Shown here: positions 1 to 12,803 of the stretch, one piece after another
How positions within the stretch are numbered: the first letter of the stretch is position 1
How the letters are laid out: each line of letters opens with the position of its first letter
NCBI RefSeq assembly: GCF_963921235.1
Contig: NC_086100.1
Location: 199,208,001-199,272,000, forward strand
Direction of reading: 5' to 3'
Source of the DNA: Mobula hypostoma
Taxonomy: Eukaryota
DNA: 64,000 bases
Program-made: the position numbers and the translations under genes
The notes under the pieces: generated by a model
Seen by the model: only the letters and a program-made list of their open reading frames with translations
Databases searched by the model: none
Told to the model about the DNA's origin: nothing

Positions 1-439
1 TACGCTTGTGTACTGGAAATGATATTGAACAATCTTGGAACGTGGCTCCCGGGCTGGCACCCTGTCTACACCAGCTCCACAGTGCTGTTGCTCCATTTTG
101 TGAATGGATCAAGAATTTGGTTTGGACTGCCACCCACTGTGGAATGCTCTAGTTCGGGTGTCAGGTGGGTACCTGGGTATTAGCTCTCCGGGACTCTGTC
201 CGTACACCAGGTATGGCTTTGTGCATCCCATACAACCTGCCACGGGGCAACACTGTAGAAGGAAACGCAAAGATGGGTCGCCAGACTTCACGTGCACCAG
301 GCCACGTGTTCTCTGTTGGAAAACTGTTATTTTCTTGATGGTTTAACAATTAATTGTCTGTTTGTATTTTATATAACTACTTGTATACATGTAACTGTTT
401 AGTATGCTTCCTAGCGGGCACAGTATGTATATGCAGCTG

Positions 440-980
440 TTCAGTCTGTCCCCCTAGTGATTAGATCTGTATATTTCTCCTATAGACGTACCATGGATAG
501 TGCTCTGACGGGTATGGTATGGGTGGGGGGGTGGCTACTGCACAGGACCGAAAGAAGCTACAGAAAGTTGTAAAATAAGTCAGCTCCACCTTGGAGACTA
601 GCCTCCACAGTATCTGAGACATCTTGAAGGAGTGGTGTCTCAAAAAGGTAATGTCCATTACCCAGGACATGTCCTCTTTTCACTGTTACTGTCAGGGAGG
701 AGATACAGGAGCCTGAAGGCGCACACTCAGTGATTCAGGAGCAGCTTCTTCCCCTCCGCCATCCATTCCTAAATGGACACTGAACCCATGAACATTACCT
801 CTCTTTTTTTCAATATTATTTCTGTTTTGGACTACTTTTGATCTAATTATTTAATATACATATAAACTTACTGTAATCTATTTTCTTCTTTGTTATTATA
901 TATTGCACTGTACTGCTGATGCTAAATTATCAAATTCACCACACGTACCAGTGGTAATAAACCTGACTCTGATTCTGGAA
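440..980 (+). mobile_element. Decayed LINE 3' fragment (Rex/Babar- or L2-like)
   Basis: Degenerate C-terminal RT-region motifs and a T-rich 3' tail; similar copies at about 10.6-11.1 kb, 28.4-29.2 kb, 34.6-35.1 kb and 37.5-38.0 kb. Boundaries approximate. Confidence 0.6.
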
Positions 981-982
981 AC

Positions 983-1232
983 CTCTTGAAGGTTCTCTGG
1001 TGCTGCGTTATTTGAATAGAGCCTTTCTGATTGCTGACTCTTATCTGCAAATTTAAATGGAACGTTTCTTATCCACAGTACGTGTACAAATAGAGCAGAC
1101 CATGCAGTGGTGCCACTGTCTGATCTTTTTATCCTTCTCCCTTCATTAACTTGACCTCTATCACTGTCCATTTTCAACTTTCTTTGTTCTATTAATTCTG
1201 AACAAAATGATCGTTTTGTGCCTCTTTCCTGA
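983..1232 (-). CDS. ZNF638: Possible ZNF638 exon (3' end uncertain)
   Basis: Acceptor ttttggaag| after an 87-nt intron from the 1320-1354 exon; phase-2 entry gives an open frame SQERGTKRSFCSELIEQRKLKMDSDRG..., the same frame as ORF 896..1177. No clear donor; AAG acceptor is weak. Confidence 0.3.
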
Positions 1233-1319
1233 CTTCCAAAAGAAACTTGGATTAAAACATATGGAAATCCAACATTCCCAAGGTAACTAACTGCTACGGG
1301 ATCATTCTGGGAAGCTTAC

Positions 1320-1354
1320 CTCTCCTTAGGTGACTGGTCTTCCTTTCCTTGATT
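1320..1354 (-). CDS. ZNF638: Probable ZNF638 short exon following RRM3 (NQGKEDQSPKES)
   Basis: Acceptor tgttcttatgttgcag| and donor ag|gtaagc; 35 nt, phase 0 in and phase 2 out; compatible with the phase-0 end of the 25258 exon. Resembles the short ...KES segment after RRM3 in human ZNF638, from memory. Confidence 0.6.
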
Positions 1355-1629
1355 CTGCAACATAAGAACAAAGACTGCGTTAAGTTTTATCAATTTAAAC
1401 ACATGCACGACGGGAAGGAGCGGCTGGAAGACAGTTCAGATATCCTTGCATGCAGTACACTCCAATGAGAAAGGGTAGATTTACAGACAGGGAGAGACAC
1501 ACACAAGTGTGTGGGAGAGGGGGGAGGGGAAGAGGAGACAGGGAGAGAAGGGAGGGGGAGAGGGGTGAGGGAGGGGGGAGAGGAGAGAGGAAACAAATGC
1601 AGGTTTGACTGGGCAGTGATAACTTGGGC

Positions 1630-1915
1630 ACAGCAGCACAGTTAGCACAATTGTTTTACAGTGCCAGATATTACTGATCAGAGTTTAATTTGCATTGCTG
1701 TCTGTGAGGAGCTTGAATGTTCTCCAAGTGACCACATGGGTTTCCTCCTACATTCCAAAGACGTACTGGTTAGGATTAGTGAGTTGTAGGTATGCCATGT
1801 TGATGCCGGAAGCTTGGCGACACTTGCAAGTTGCCTCCAGCATAATCCTCGTGATTTGATTTGATGCAGATGATGTATTTCACTGCATGCTTCAACGTAC
1901 AGCTGACAAATAAAA
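1630..1915 (+). mobile_element. SINE-like repeat
   Basis: About 290 bp sharing the tccaaagacgtac.ggttagg core and a tgacaaataaa tail with a copy at 31265-31565. Confidence 0.5.
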
Positions 1916-2664
1916 CCGCTCTTTGGAATAGTCCAATAATCTTCCCCTTACATTAAATTGTCTCACCTCTTAACACCAACAGGGAGATAGGGGAAGAGGT
2001 CACAGAAGCTACCAGACCAGTTACTGTAGACCACACCAGTAGCTGGATTTTCTACAGTGAGTGACTCAACTCTTCTACAGTGTTATCTACAAGGCAAACA
2101 ATGGGAGTGTGCTGGAATAGCTCTATTTGTCTGGGTGAGTTCAACTCTCAAAGGCTCAAGGATAAAAAAGACTGTTTGAGTGGCACCCTGTTCAACCCCA
2201 CTCAGCATTCGATCCCTCCACCACTAATGTACACTGGTGGCAACATACATCATCTCACAGTAAAGTCACTACAGCACTGGGGATCCTAGGTCCTGAGTCA
2301 TCGAGCACTGTGGCACAGAAACAGGCTCTATGGCCCATTAAGTCTGTATCTAACTATTATTATGCCCGGTCCCATCGAGGCATACTTGGACTATAGCTGC
2401 CCATGTACCTATCCAAATTTCTCTTCAATGGTGAGTCATTTGTTCTGCATTCATCAATATGCAGCATCAATATAGTCATCCTTTTAAAATGCAATCAAAT
2501 ATAACAGAACAGCACAGGAACAGGCCCCTTAGCCCACAATGTTGTGCCAAACCTAATAATAATCAATGACCATCTAAACTAATCTCTTCTGCCTAAATAA
2601 TGCCCATATCCATTTTCCTCACATTCATTTGCCGATCTAAAAGTCGTTAATAGTCTCTAATGTA

Positions 2665-4286
2665 CAGTGGCATGCAAAAGTTTGGGCACCCCGGTCAAAA
2701 TTTCTGTGACTGTGAATAGCGAAGCGAGTAAAAGATTACCTGATTTCCATAAGCCATAAAGTTAACGATGATACATTTCTTAAATATTTTAAGTAACATT
2801 ACCTTTTTATTTCCATGTTTTACAGTTTCAAAATAACAAACAAGGAAAAGGGCCCGAAGCAAAAGTTTGGGCACCCTGCATGGTCAGTACTTAGTAACAC
2901 CCACTTTGGCAAGTATCACAGCCTGTAGACGCTTTCTGTAGCCAGCTGAGAGTCTTTCAATTCTTGTTTGGGGGAATTTTCGCCCATTCTTCCTTGCAAA
3001 AGGCTTCTAGTTCTGTGAGATTCTTGGGCCATCTTGCATGCACTGCTCTTTTGGGGTCTATCCACAGATTCTCAATGATATTTAGGTTGGGGGTCTGTGA
3101 GGGCCATGGCAAAACCTTCAGCTTGCACCTCTTGAGGTAGTCCATTGTGGATTTTGAGGCGTGTTTAGGATCATTATCCTGTTGTAGAAGCCATCCTCTT
3201 TCCATCTTCAGCTTTTTTTTACAGATGGTGTGATGTTTGCTTCCAGAATTTGTAGGTATTTAATTTGATTCATTCTTCCCTCTCCCAGTGAAATGTCCCC
3301 CGTGCCACTGGCTGCAACACAAACCCAAAGCATGATCAATCAACCCCCGTGCTTAACAGATGGAGAGGTGTTCTTTTCATGAAGTTCTGCACCCTTTTTT
3401 CTTCAAACATACCTTTGCTCATTGCGGCCAAAAAATTCTATTTTAGCTTCATCAGTCCACAGGACTTGTTTCCAAAATGCATCAGGCTTGTTTAGATGTT
3501 TCTTTGCAAACTTCTGATGCTGAATTTTGTGGTGAGGACGCAGGAAAGGTTTTCTTCTGATGACTCTTCCATGAAGGTCATATTTGTGCAGATGTCGCTG
3601 CACAGTAGAACAGTGCACCACCACTCCAGAGTCTGCTAAATCTTCCTGAAGGTCTTCTGCAGTCAAACGGGGGTTTTGATTTGCCTTTCTAGCAATCCTA
3701 CAAGCAGTTCTCTCAGAAAGTTTTCTTGGTCTTCCAGACCTCAACTTGACCTCCACCATTCCTGTTAACTGCCATTTCTTAATTACATTATGAACTGAGG
3801 AAATGCTACCTGAAAACGCTTTGCTATCTTCTTATAGCCTTCTCTTGCTTTGTGGGCATCCTTTATTTTAATTTTCAGAGTGCTAGGCAGCTGCATAGAG
3901 GAGCCCATGGTTGCTGATTGTTGTGACAAAGTTTGAGGAGTCAGGGTATTTATAAAGCTTTGAAATTTGCATCATCTGGCCTTTCCTAACAATGACTGTG
4001 AACAAGCCATAGCCCTAACAAGCTAATTAAGGTCTGAGACCTTGGTAAAAGTTATCTGAGAGCTCAAATCTCTTGGGGTGCCCAAACTTTTGCATGGTGC
4101 TCCTTTCCTTTTTTTCACTCTAAAATGTACAAAACAAAAATAATACACTAATCTTGCTTAAAATGTTGAAAAAAATGTTTCATCTTTAACTTTATGACTT
4201 TTGGAGATCAGTTCATCTTCTACTCACTTAACTATTCACAGTAACAGAAATTTTGACCGGGGCGCCCAAACTTTTGCATGCCACTG
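2665..4286 (-). mobile_element. Tc1/mariner DD34E DNA transposon, full length, IR/DR-type ends
   Basis: Terminal inverted repeats cagtggcatgcaaaagtttgggcacc / ggcgcccaaacttttgcatgccactg, about 210 bp long. TA on the left (2663-2664), aa on the right. Inserted inside a CR1-type 3' fragment. Confidence 0.95.
2884..3908 (-). pseudogene. Disrupted Tc1 transposase
   Basis: MGSS...GYKKIAKRF HTH region, GRPRK, WTDE, QQDNDPKH and PNLNIIE, with 34 residues between the second D and E. Several frameshifts and stops (e.g. TGA at 3403). Confidence 0.92.
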
Positions 4287-5693
4287 AATCTGCTTGTATC
4301 CCCAACCCAGGCAGCACATTCCAGGCACCCACCACTCTGTATAAAAACTTTCCTCTTTGACATTAAGCCCTCTCACCTTAAATGCATGTCCTCTGGTATT
4401 AGACATTTCAACCCCTGGGAAAAGATACCGCCTCTACTCTATCTATACCTCTCATGATCTTATAAACCTTGATCTCCTCTCAGTCTCTGCCGCTCCAGAG
4501 AAAACACAAATGATATCACCTAACTTCCTCCTCTGTCTTTGAACAAAGATGTCAAGTATACATAACTGTTCCTATTAATCCAATCCCCTGCTGTTCATAT
4601 AAAGTAAGTCTCATGTCATGTCATTTCCTGGTCAGTGAACTGAACAAAGAGGTGATCTTGATCGGTCAGAGGAGCATGCTGGCAGCTCTGATTACCTCCC
4701 AACACCAGAAGCCAATCGATGAAGGCACAAGGAGACTGCAGCTGCTGGAACAACACAACTTCTGCTGGAAGAACTCAGCGGGTCAAACAAGATCTTGGGG
4801 TGGGGACATTGCAGATATTTTGGGTTGAGACTTTACCCCAGAAACTGATGTTCTGTAGATGACATTGCAGATGACCGAATGCAAAATCTCACAGTGAAGA
4901 GAGTAAATAAGTAGAACTTTTTTGGTCAACGTTACAGCACAGTACAGGGTCTTCAGCTCACAATGTTGTGCTGAGCTTTTAACCTACCCTAAGGTCAATC
5001 TAATCGTTAAATTCTAACCATTCTCTCCCATATACCCCTCCATTTTCCTATCACCAATGTGCTTATCCAAGAGCCACTTGCATGTCCCTAATGCACCTGC
5101 CTCTACCACAGCAACACCCCCCCCAAGCATGTTAGCATGTTCAATGTACCCAGCACTCCCTGTGGAAAAAATACTACCCCTGATATTCCCACTATACGTT
5201 CCTCCAACCACCTTAAAATGACACCCTCCCATTTCCACCTTGGGGAAAAAGTCTCAGGCTGTTCGCTAACATTAATCAGAAATAAATTTAAAACACTCCA
5301 ATCTTCGATGTCTCCCCGCACTAATGAAACATCCCTCGAGGTTTTGTGCTTGGCTGTGGGGCCGGAGCCGATGACCAAGCTGAAAGAGAATGAGCTGACA
5401 GATGCTAGAATTACACAAAAACTTAACTACCTCTGCAAACACAATGCACTGGTGCACTGAATGTGCTCTGAGTATGACGAAAGGAAAAGCTATGATAATG
5501 TGATCCAAGAGGAACCATTACATAAAAATTTCAGAGGGATGTTATGCTGTTAAACTTGAGCGAAACAATCCTTTGATCAATTGTGGGGTGAGTGGGGGAA
5601 AGAAGGGGTAAAATACAGTTATCATACACTCAGGTGGGGAAAATGGGTCCAGTTAGCAGGAGGAAGCAGCTCACAGCACAGGGATAAGCTTCC

Positions 5694-5850
5694 ACACACA
5701 CACACACACACACACACAGAGCACTGGGAAAGTTCTGCTGAGCATCTCTGGAGGAGAATAAGCAGTTCCCAAGACCCCTCACCTGCTGAGTTTCGACAGC
5801 AATTTGTGTGTTGCTCTGCATTTCCAGCATCTGCAAAATTTTGTGTTTTT
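5694..5850. repeat. (CA)n plus Penelope-terminus-derived short element
   Basis: CA run followed by cctgctgagttt...cagcatctgca, matching the 3' end of the Penelope copy at about 59565-59609. Confidence 0.55.
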
Positions 5851-6579
5851 TTGCCACACACCCACAGGCAAAATCTGCTTTCCCCGTTGCGGATCAAGAG
5901 AGGTTATGCAGTTTAGGATGGGCAACTTCTGTCTGCATAAATCTAACTGTAAACTTCACCAGGTTGCCTCCAAAGGCAGGTTTAAGCAAGAAGTGCAACT
6001 GCCTGACTTCCAGAGACTGGGTGTGATCACGCCTTTGGACACCATCTCTGCGGAGTTTGCATACTTTTCTCATGACCATGTGGGTTCCAGTTTCCTCCCA
6101 CATTCCAAAGATGTGCTGGTAGCTTCACTGGCCTCCATAAATGACCAGTGAAGTGTTGGTAGTGGTAGTGGCTGAAGGTACCTTGGACCGGAAGAGCACT
6201 GGTATGCAAGATAAATGGAACACCAATCCTGATTAGCTGGGACAGAGGGAATAAGAACAGGGAGGATACAGAACATTTTTGTTAAATAATGGGCATACCA
6301 GAACTGGAGATTATTTGCCGTTCTGGCTGCCAAACTGCAAGAGATTGTACTGTTGTGGGTGCAGAGAAGATTCTCAAGGATGTCACCTGTGGATGGCATG
6401 AGGGGGGACAGGGCAGGCAGGGCAGGCAGGGTGAGTAGCCAGTGAGATAAGAGGCATATATCAGGACAGCCAGAGGTGTTCTAGGCTGGTACTTCAACCC
6501 AGCTGGTCCATACTGACCATAACATCTCTTTGAGCTAGCTCTATTTGCCTGCATTTGGCCTTTATCTATTATCTCCTAA

Positions 6580-6955
6580 ACCGAATGGTTTGTTGTATCT
6601 TAGAAGCTACTGATCTTCTTTGATTTTCATGCATAATAATCTCTACAGCAGGACCAATACCTTTAAGCATGGGGTCCATGGACCCCAGGTTGTGAACCCC
6701 TGCTCCAGAGTGTACAGAGTGGGGCAAAAAACAAAAAAGCATCCAGTGAGTGGCACTTATGTGGGAGAAAATGCCTTGTTAATGAGACGTCAGAGGAGAA
6801 TGGCCAGTCTGGTTCAAGCTAACAGTAAAGTGACAGCAACTCAAATAACCAAGCGTTACAACAGTGATGTCCTGAACAGCATCACTGAATGCACAACGCA
6901 TTGAACCCTGAAGTTGATGGGCTACAGCAGAGAAGACCACAGACATACACTCACT
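6580..6955 (+). mobile_element. Non-autonomous Tc1-like element fragment
   Basis: Homologous to 12804-13540 (shared cagaggagaatggccag...ggctacagcag...atacactca blocks). Confidence 0.6.
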
Positions 6956-7075
6956 GTATTTAAGGCTAACTCCTAAAATGCAATTTGATGTGTGTTAAAT
7001 AAAATGGAAAAAGCAGGTCTGTGAACACAAGTAAATGTTGAGGTGACACCTTGATCTCCAACCAAAAGAAACCAC

Positions 7076-7845
7076 AGTGGATTTCAGTTAATTGGGTCAT
7101 CCGTTAAATGGGGCAGCTGCTTATTTGGGACAACTCTTGAAGAACTAAAACTACTCAAGAAACTAGCTAGGATTTCCTTTGTTTATTTGGGACTTAAATG
7201 GGACAGGCACTGTTGCCAAACAGTTTCTAACCATCTTTTGTGGCTGTTAAGACACTATACTGTGCTTACAGTGAACAATTTTTAAATAGGGTCAATTGCA
7301 TGCACTTGTGTTAAAAAGGCAGTGATTTTCGTCACTAATACTTGTTGAGTAATAAGCAGTAAGACAATTCAGAACCGTTTTGCTCACTGCGGTTTAAAGC
7401 ATTCAGGTTTGGAGATGCCAGAAATGGCCATGAGTAAAAATTAAACTATTTCACTACTTCAATTTAGGAGCTACAAAAAATTTGAAAGTATCAACAATCA
7501 CTTCAAACATTACAATGGAAATTAAGATTTGGAGAATGCAACTGGCAATAGTATTGTATGAAGGCAGTTAATTATCTACACTAGGTGTCTACTGATTTCG
7601 TTAATTTAGTCAATCAAAAGAACATGTACACTGGATAAATTCCTTCATCGATAAATATTAGGAACTACTACAGTTTTATAGTACTGTAATAGTACTGATA
7701 ATGTTCTAATTTGCTCTACTTCATTTAAATACATAATTTTTAAAAACTCAGTTAACTAGTAGTTTGTCTTTTTATACCTTTTTAAACTATTTCCATGAAA
7801 CTTCAGCTGACTGGGACAGCTGCTTAATTGGACCAAAATGTACTG
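7076..7845. mobile_element. Tigger/pogo-like non-autonomous DNA element (decayed)
   Basis: Starts cagtggattt; the motif gggcagctgcttatttggg recurs near both ends; AT-rich interior. Family assignment by resemblance only. Confidence 0.4.
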
Positions 7846-9040
7846 CTTCACAGAGCTTACATGGCACTGTATTCAGTGCTGTAACTTCTGTAGGAGTTTG
7901 TCCGCCAGTAGCCCCCGTACATCAGATTCTGCGGCAGACTATCAATCTCAGCGGGCACACATTAATAGGTGATTTATTCTTTAAATGATCCGCAATGGGA
8001 TAAAACACGAATAGTGAACAAAATGAGAAGCCATGGATAGGGCTGAAATCAAAAGTGTCACAGTTCTGTTGGGCTCCAGGACATTTAATTCCTAACACAC
8101 TGAGAAATCATTTCTAGAAGTGGTTAATGCAGCCCTGGTTTTCCACACATAACAATCCCATCTGGCTGCCTCACACTATCTTTTGGTTGTGCTTCTCTAA
8201 AACACCCAACTGTGGTGTGAGCCAATTGTTTAGCAGTTCTCCTTGGTAATACACGTCTCCTCTGACTTTAATTACGGACAGCTGACTGGGACCGCACAAT
8301 GTACTCATTAGTTCTTCTTGTAACACTTAATTTACCATAGCTTCCAATCAAGCAAATAAACTTTCTCACTGCCAAGTCATTACTAACCTTCCAGCAGTTC
8401 AAATTTATTGTCACCTGACTGCACATATACACGACCAAAGAAAACATTCCTCCAGACCACGGTGCACTCATAAAACAAAATATTACCATAATAAATTAAT
8501 AAAATATAGTTCAAAATGCATGTAATGCGTAGCACGGGTAAACAATAAACAGCTTGCTGTCCTAATGATGAAACTTTGGTGGTGGCAGGGTATTCATTAG
8601 TCTCAGAGTCTGAGGGACGAAGTTGTTACCCAGTCTGGTAGTCCTAGTCCTGATGCTCCTGTACCTCCTTCCTGATAGTAGTGGGTCAGAGAGATTGTGG
8701 GATGGGTGGTTGGGATCCTCAACTAGTTATCTTGGACAGATATGGCTTGACATAAGATGAACAAACTAACCACCATGAGGTACAGGAACCTGGAGAGAGA
8801 CAGCCAACGTGTTGGGAAAAGCTTCTTCTTCACCATCAGATTTCTGAATGGCCCATCAACATTACTTCACTATTCTGTCCTCTTTTATACTAATTATTTT
8901 TAAATGTATTGATATTGTAATTTATAGTCTCTTTTTATATATTGCATTGTACTGTTGCCGCAAAACAACAAATTTCATGACTCGAGTCACGATAACCCTG
9001 ATTCTGAGCACCACTTGAGCTGGGTATACACATTACATTA

Positions 9041-9755
9041 AGGTTCAAAGGTTCAATTTAATGTCAGAGAAACGTATACAATATACATCCTGAAAAGCCT
9101 TTCTTCGCAAACATCCACAAAAACAGAGAAGTGCCCCAAAGAATGGCGACAGTTGAATGTAAGAATCCCAATGTCACCCCGAGCTCCCCTCCTTCCCGCA
9201 CGTAAACAGCAGCAAGCAACAACCCCCCTCCCTGTACCGGCCAAAAAAAAAGCAAACATCAGCACCATCACCGAGCACTCAAGTGTGAGCAAAGCAATAG
9301 CAAAGACACAGACTTTGTGTTACACCCAGTATTTGACGTACCGCGGATTCTCTCTCTCCCTAATAAGGGAGAAAAGGCTGTCTCCATTTTCCCGGCGAGT
9401 GGGGAGACATAACAAACAACTCGCTGGTTCACAATGTTGAAAGTCTGTTACATTGCTTTTTCTGAGCTCTGTGCCTGAAGATTGCAAAGATCTTGAGTCT
9501 TTGGGCACACAGCAGAAGATATTCCGACTCCCCCAATGGCACACTGGTCTCCTGCCATGACACCGACCCTTGATCCGCCTGTCTCCAGAGCCCCAAGATC
9601 TTAGGCTTCCAAATACAAGCCGTACTCTCAGGCTGAACCCTTGGTGTGCCAAACAACAGTGAGTCCTGAAACCCCGAGAATGGGTCCCATTCCCGCAAAG
9701 AACCGAAGTCAGCGTGTAACTCCAGGTCAGGATCTTCAAAAGAACCCTGAAATTA
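9041..9755 (-). mobile_element. Non-LTR repeat with L2-like tail
   Basis: On the minus strand it ends in ...cattaaattgaacctttgaacct, a short tandem tail like those of other repeats in the window. Confidence 0.45.
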
Positions 9756-9939
9756 ACTTGGGTAACACATTAGACTGGGTCAGCCCTTATTCCAGTCAGT
9801 AAAAGGCAGTTGTCTGGTGTGGCAGCACCTGAGCTGCTGTGGGACAACAGAAGGGAATAGTAAGTAGGTAATAAAGATGGGTCAGCACAACGTACAAGTG
9901 CTTTTCCTGGACAGGAGCTGATTCTGGTCAAGGAGAGAA

Positions 9940-11090
9940 TCAACTCCTGCCCAATCAAGGACCTGGACCTGCTTCAATTTGCCTATCGCCAAAACAGCAG
10001 ATCCAATCACACTGGTTCTCAATTCTGCCTTGGATCACTTGGATAATAGTCGTATCTACGACAGGCTGCTGTTTATCAATTACAGCTCAGCGCTAAACAC
10101 AATCATACCATTAGTTATAATCAACTAATTCCAAAACTTGGGCCTCTGCAACACAATCCTTGACTTCCTCACCGGGAGACCACACCGGTGTGGATTGGAA
10201 ATAACATCTCTTTGCTGACAATCAACACTGGTGGACCTCAAGGACATGTGCTTAGCCCACCCACTGCTCTACTCTCCATACATCCACAACTGTGTGGTTA
10301 GGCACAGCTCAATCATCTGTAATTTCAGATGGTGACAAGATGGCGTACGGGAATGAGATAGATCAGCTGGCTGAGTGGAGTCGCAACATCAATCACGTAC
10401 TCATCATAAGACCAAGGAATTGATTGTGGACTTCAGGAAGAAGTCGAGGAAACACACACCTGTCCTCATCGAGGGATCAGAGGTGGAAAGGGTGAGCAGT
10501 TCCTGGGTGTCAACATCCCTGAAGAACTATCCTGAGCCCATGATACAGCTGCATGACAGCGATATTTCAATGGGAGCTGAAGGGTACTTGGTATGTCACC
10601 AAAGACTCTCTTGAATGCCTACAGAGGTATCGTGAGAGCAATTTAACTGGTTGTATCACCGCCTGGTATGGAGGGGCCACTAGACATGACTGGAAAAAGC
10701 TGCTGAAAGTTGTAAACTTTACCTGCTCCACCATGGGCACTAGCCACCCCAGTATTAAGAACCTTCAAAAAGCGATGCCTCAAAATGATGGCATCCATCA
10801 AGGACATGCCTTCTTTTCATTGCTGCCATCAAGGTGGGGTTACAGGAGCCTGAACGTACTCACTCAGCATTTCAGGAAGAGCTTCTTCCCCGTCACCAGA
10901 TTTCTGAATGGACAAAGGACCCAGGTACACTATCTCACTTTCCCCCCTTATTTTTGCCCTCTTTTGGCACTATTTATTTTTAAGATATATTTCTTCTTGT
11001 AATTTATATATTTTTATTATAATATTGCAATGTACCGCTGCCACAGAACAAATTTCACATGTCAGTGATATTAAACCTCATTCTTTTCTT
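9940..11090 (+). mobile_element. Rex/Babar-like LINE, 5'-truncated and degraded
   Basis: Remnants LD.LQFAYR, SALDHLD, LLFI.YSSA..TII, GGPQGHVLSP, KTKELIVDFRK, LTGCITAWYG; multiple frameshifts. Confidence 0.8.
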
Positions 11091-12029
11091 GCAGCAGAGT
11101 AGGCTGAGTGGTCATATGATCGAGGTGTCTAAAATGATGAGACACAGACAGGACAGACATGGATAGTGGCTTTACCTCAATATATTCTCTTTTTTTTTAC
11201 ACAACTGGTATTATATCATTGACACCAGAAAGGGAATAGTCCGTTATTATTTGGGAGGAAGGCAGGTGGTACGATGGATGCCAAAACCACCCGACTTGCA
11301 CCGCAAGGTTGCCTCAGCCTCCAGTCTAGCCTATAGAACCCCACAGTAATAGTTGTTCCAATGCATCATACAAGTATCAGTGCAGGCCTGTTGTGAATCT
11401 CTTCCGGACTCTTTAAAAAGAGCACAGACCGAAGCAGTTGAGACACACAGGGCATCATTAACATGCTCATGATGTTCAGAGTAACTGTGAGATCTCCACA
11501 TTGTATCTGCAGCCAGAGGAACTGAAAACAAATGTGATGCCATTACAGCGTGGGGCATCGAAGTTCAGTTTCAGTGTCCTCTGTAAGCATATTTATATGT
11601 TCCTTCCCATGTGTGCATCGATTTCTTCTGGGTGCTCCAGTTTCCTCCCGCAGTCCAAAAACGTAACAGTTGGTAGGTTAATTGATCATTGTAAATTGAC
11701 CCATGAATAGTCTAAAGTTAAATCAGTGAATTGCTGGGTGGCATGGCTCAAAGGGCTAAAAAGGCCTATTCCATGCTGAATCGCTAAATAAACGTCACAC
11801 TGCAGTTCACCCATGGTCATTGAACCGAGTACTGCCATTCAACTGTGACTAATGCTTGAGGAGGAACGACACGAGTCAGACAACTGTATCGCACAATGGA
11901 CGTCTTCTTAGGTCAGTTTTGAATCAGCTCTTACTTGCTTATAACCAGAAACATGAGATCAGCTGATGTACTGTCCCAACGTTGCTTGATGGCCAAAGGA
12001 CGAACTGCATCGAATGATATGTTCCTTCT

Positions 12030-12285
12030 GTAACACACACACAAAATATGCTGATGGAACCAGCAGGTCAGACAACATCTATGAAGAGGAATAAACAGTC
12101 AATGTTTTGGGCCGAGACCCTTCATCTTATGTTAGTGATATTAAACCAGAATTTTAAGAAGGGTAAATGCCCGCAACTTCGACTTGCTTATTCACCTCCA
12201 GATGCTGCCTGAGCCGCTGAGCTCCTCCAGCTTTTTGTGCATGTTACTCTGGATTTCCAGCATCTGAAGAATCTCTTGTGTTTAC
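12030..12285. repeat. Penelope-terminus-derived inverted-repeat element
   Basis: acacacaaaatatgctgatgga...cagcagg paired with cctgagccgctgagctcctccagc...ccagcatctg; a decayed hammerhead-like segment on the minus strand at about 12095-12126. Confidence 0.6.
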
Positions 12286-12803
12286 GTCTTTAATCCTGAT
12301 GCTCCTACCCACTACAGCACCGTTGCCTCAAATAGGTATGCAAAATCTTGGGGCAAAACTGCGAGTGAACTGCACAGTTCTAATTATGTGTGTTCTATAA
12401 TGCAGTGATACTACAGTTCTACAATGCAGTGCCTTTAAAAAGAACACAAGCTGTTCGTGGAGAGGGTAACACCTCCCACTGGATCAGGCAGGTGCTTTGC
12501 GATGAAGTCATTGCTGCAAACCAACATTAATATGAGTCTAGGTTTAAAGTCTCACATTCATATTTTTCAAACGTCACACCTTAAATTTAGTTGTGTCATT
12601 AATGCAACGGGGTGCGGAAGGAGGAATGAACAAATTACTGTCAACTTGAATCCATACCCCATCTGCCTCTGACTAACGAGGAAAAGTGCTTCTCTTTCTA
12701 ACAATAAAATCAATGCGAGATTTCACTTTATACTGACAGATGGTCTGAATAAAGAATTAAAGATGCACGAAGGGGTCTAAATTAAACATATAATGGGAAT
12801 ATA

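Noticed and set aside
109..314. Possible terminal exon after ttttccaacag (RTRGLVHVKSGDP...KPNS*)
   Set aside because: No resemblance to the ZNF638 C-terminus or any family I recognise; no supported upstream donor.
1495..1595. Purine-rich G/A tract (possible G-quadruplex or triplex)
   Set aside because: Ordinary low-complexity sequence with nothing tying it to function.
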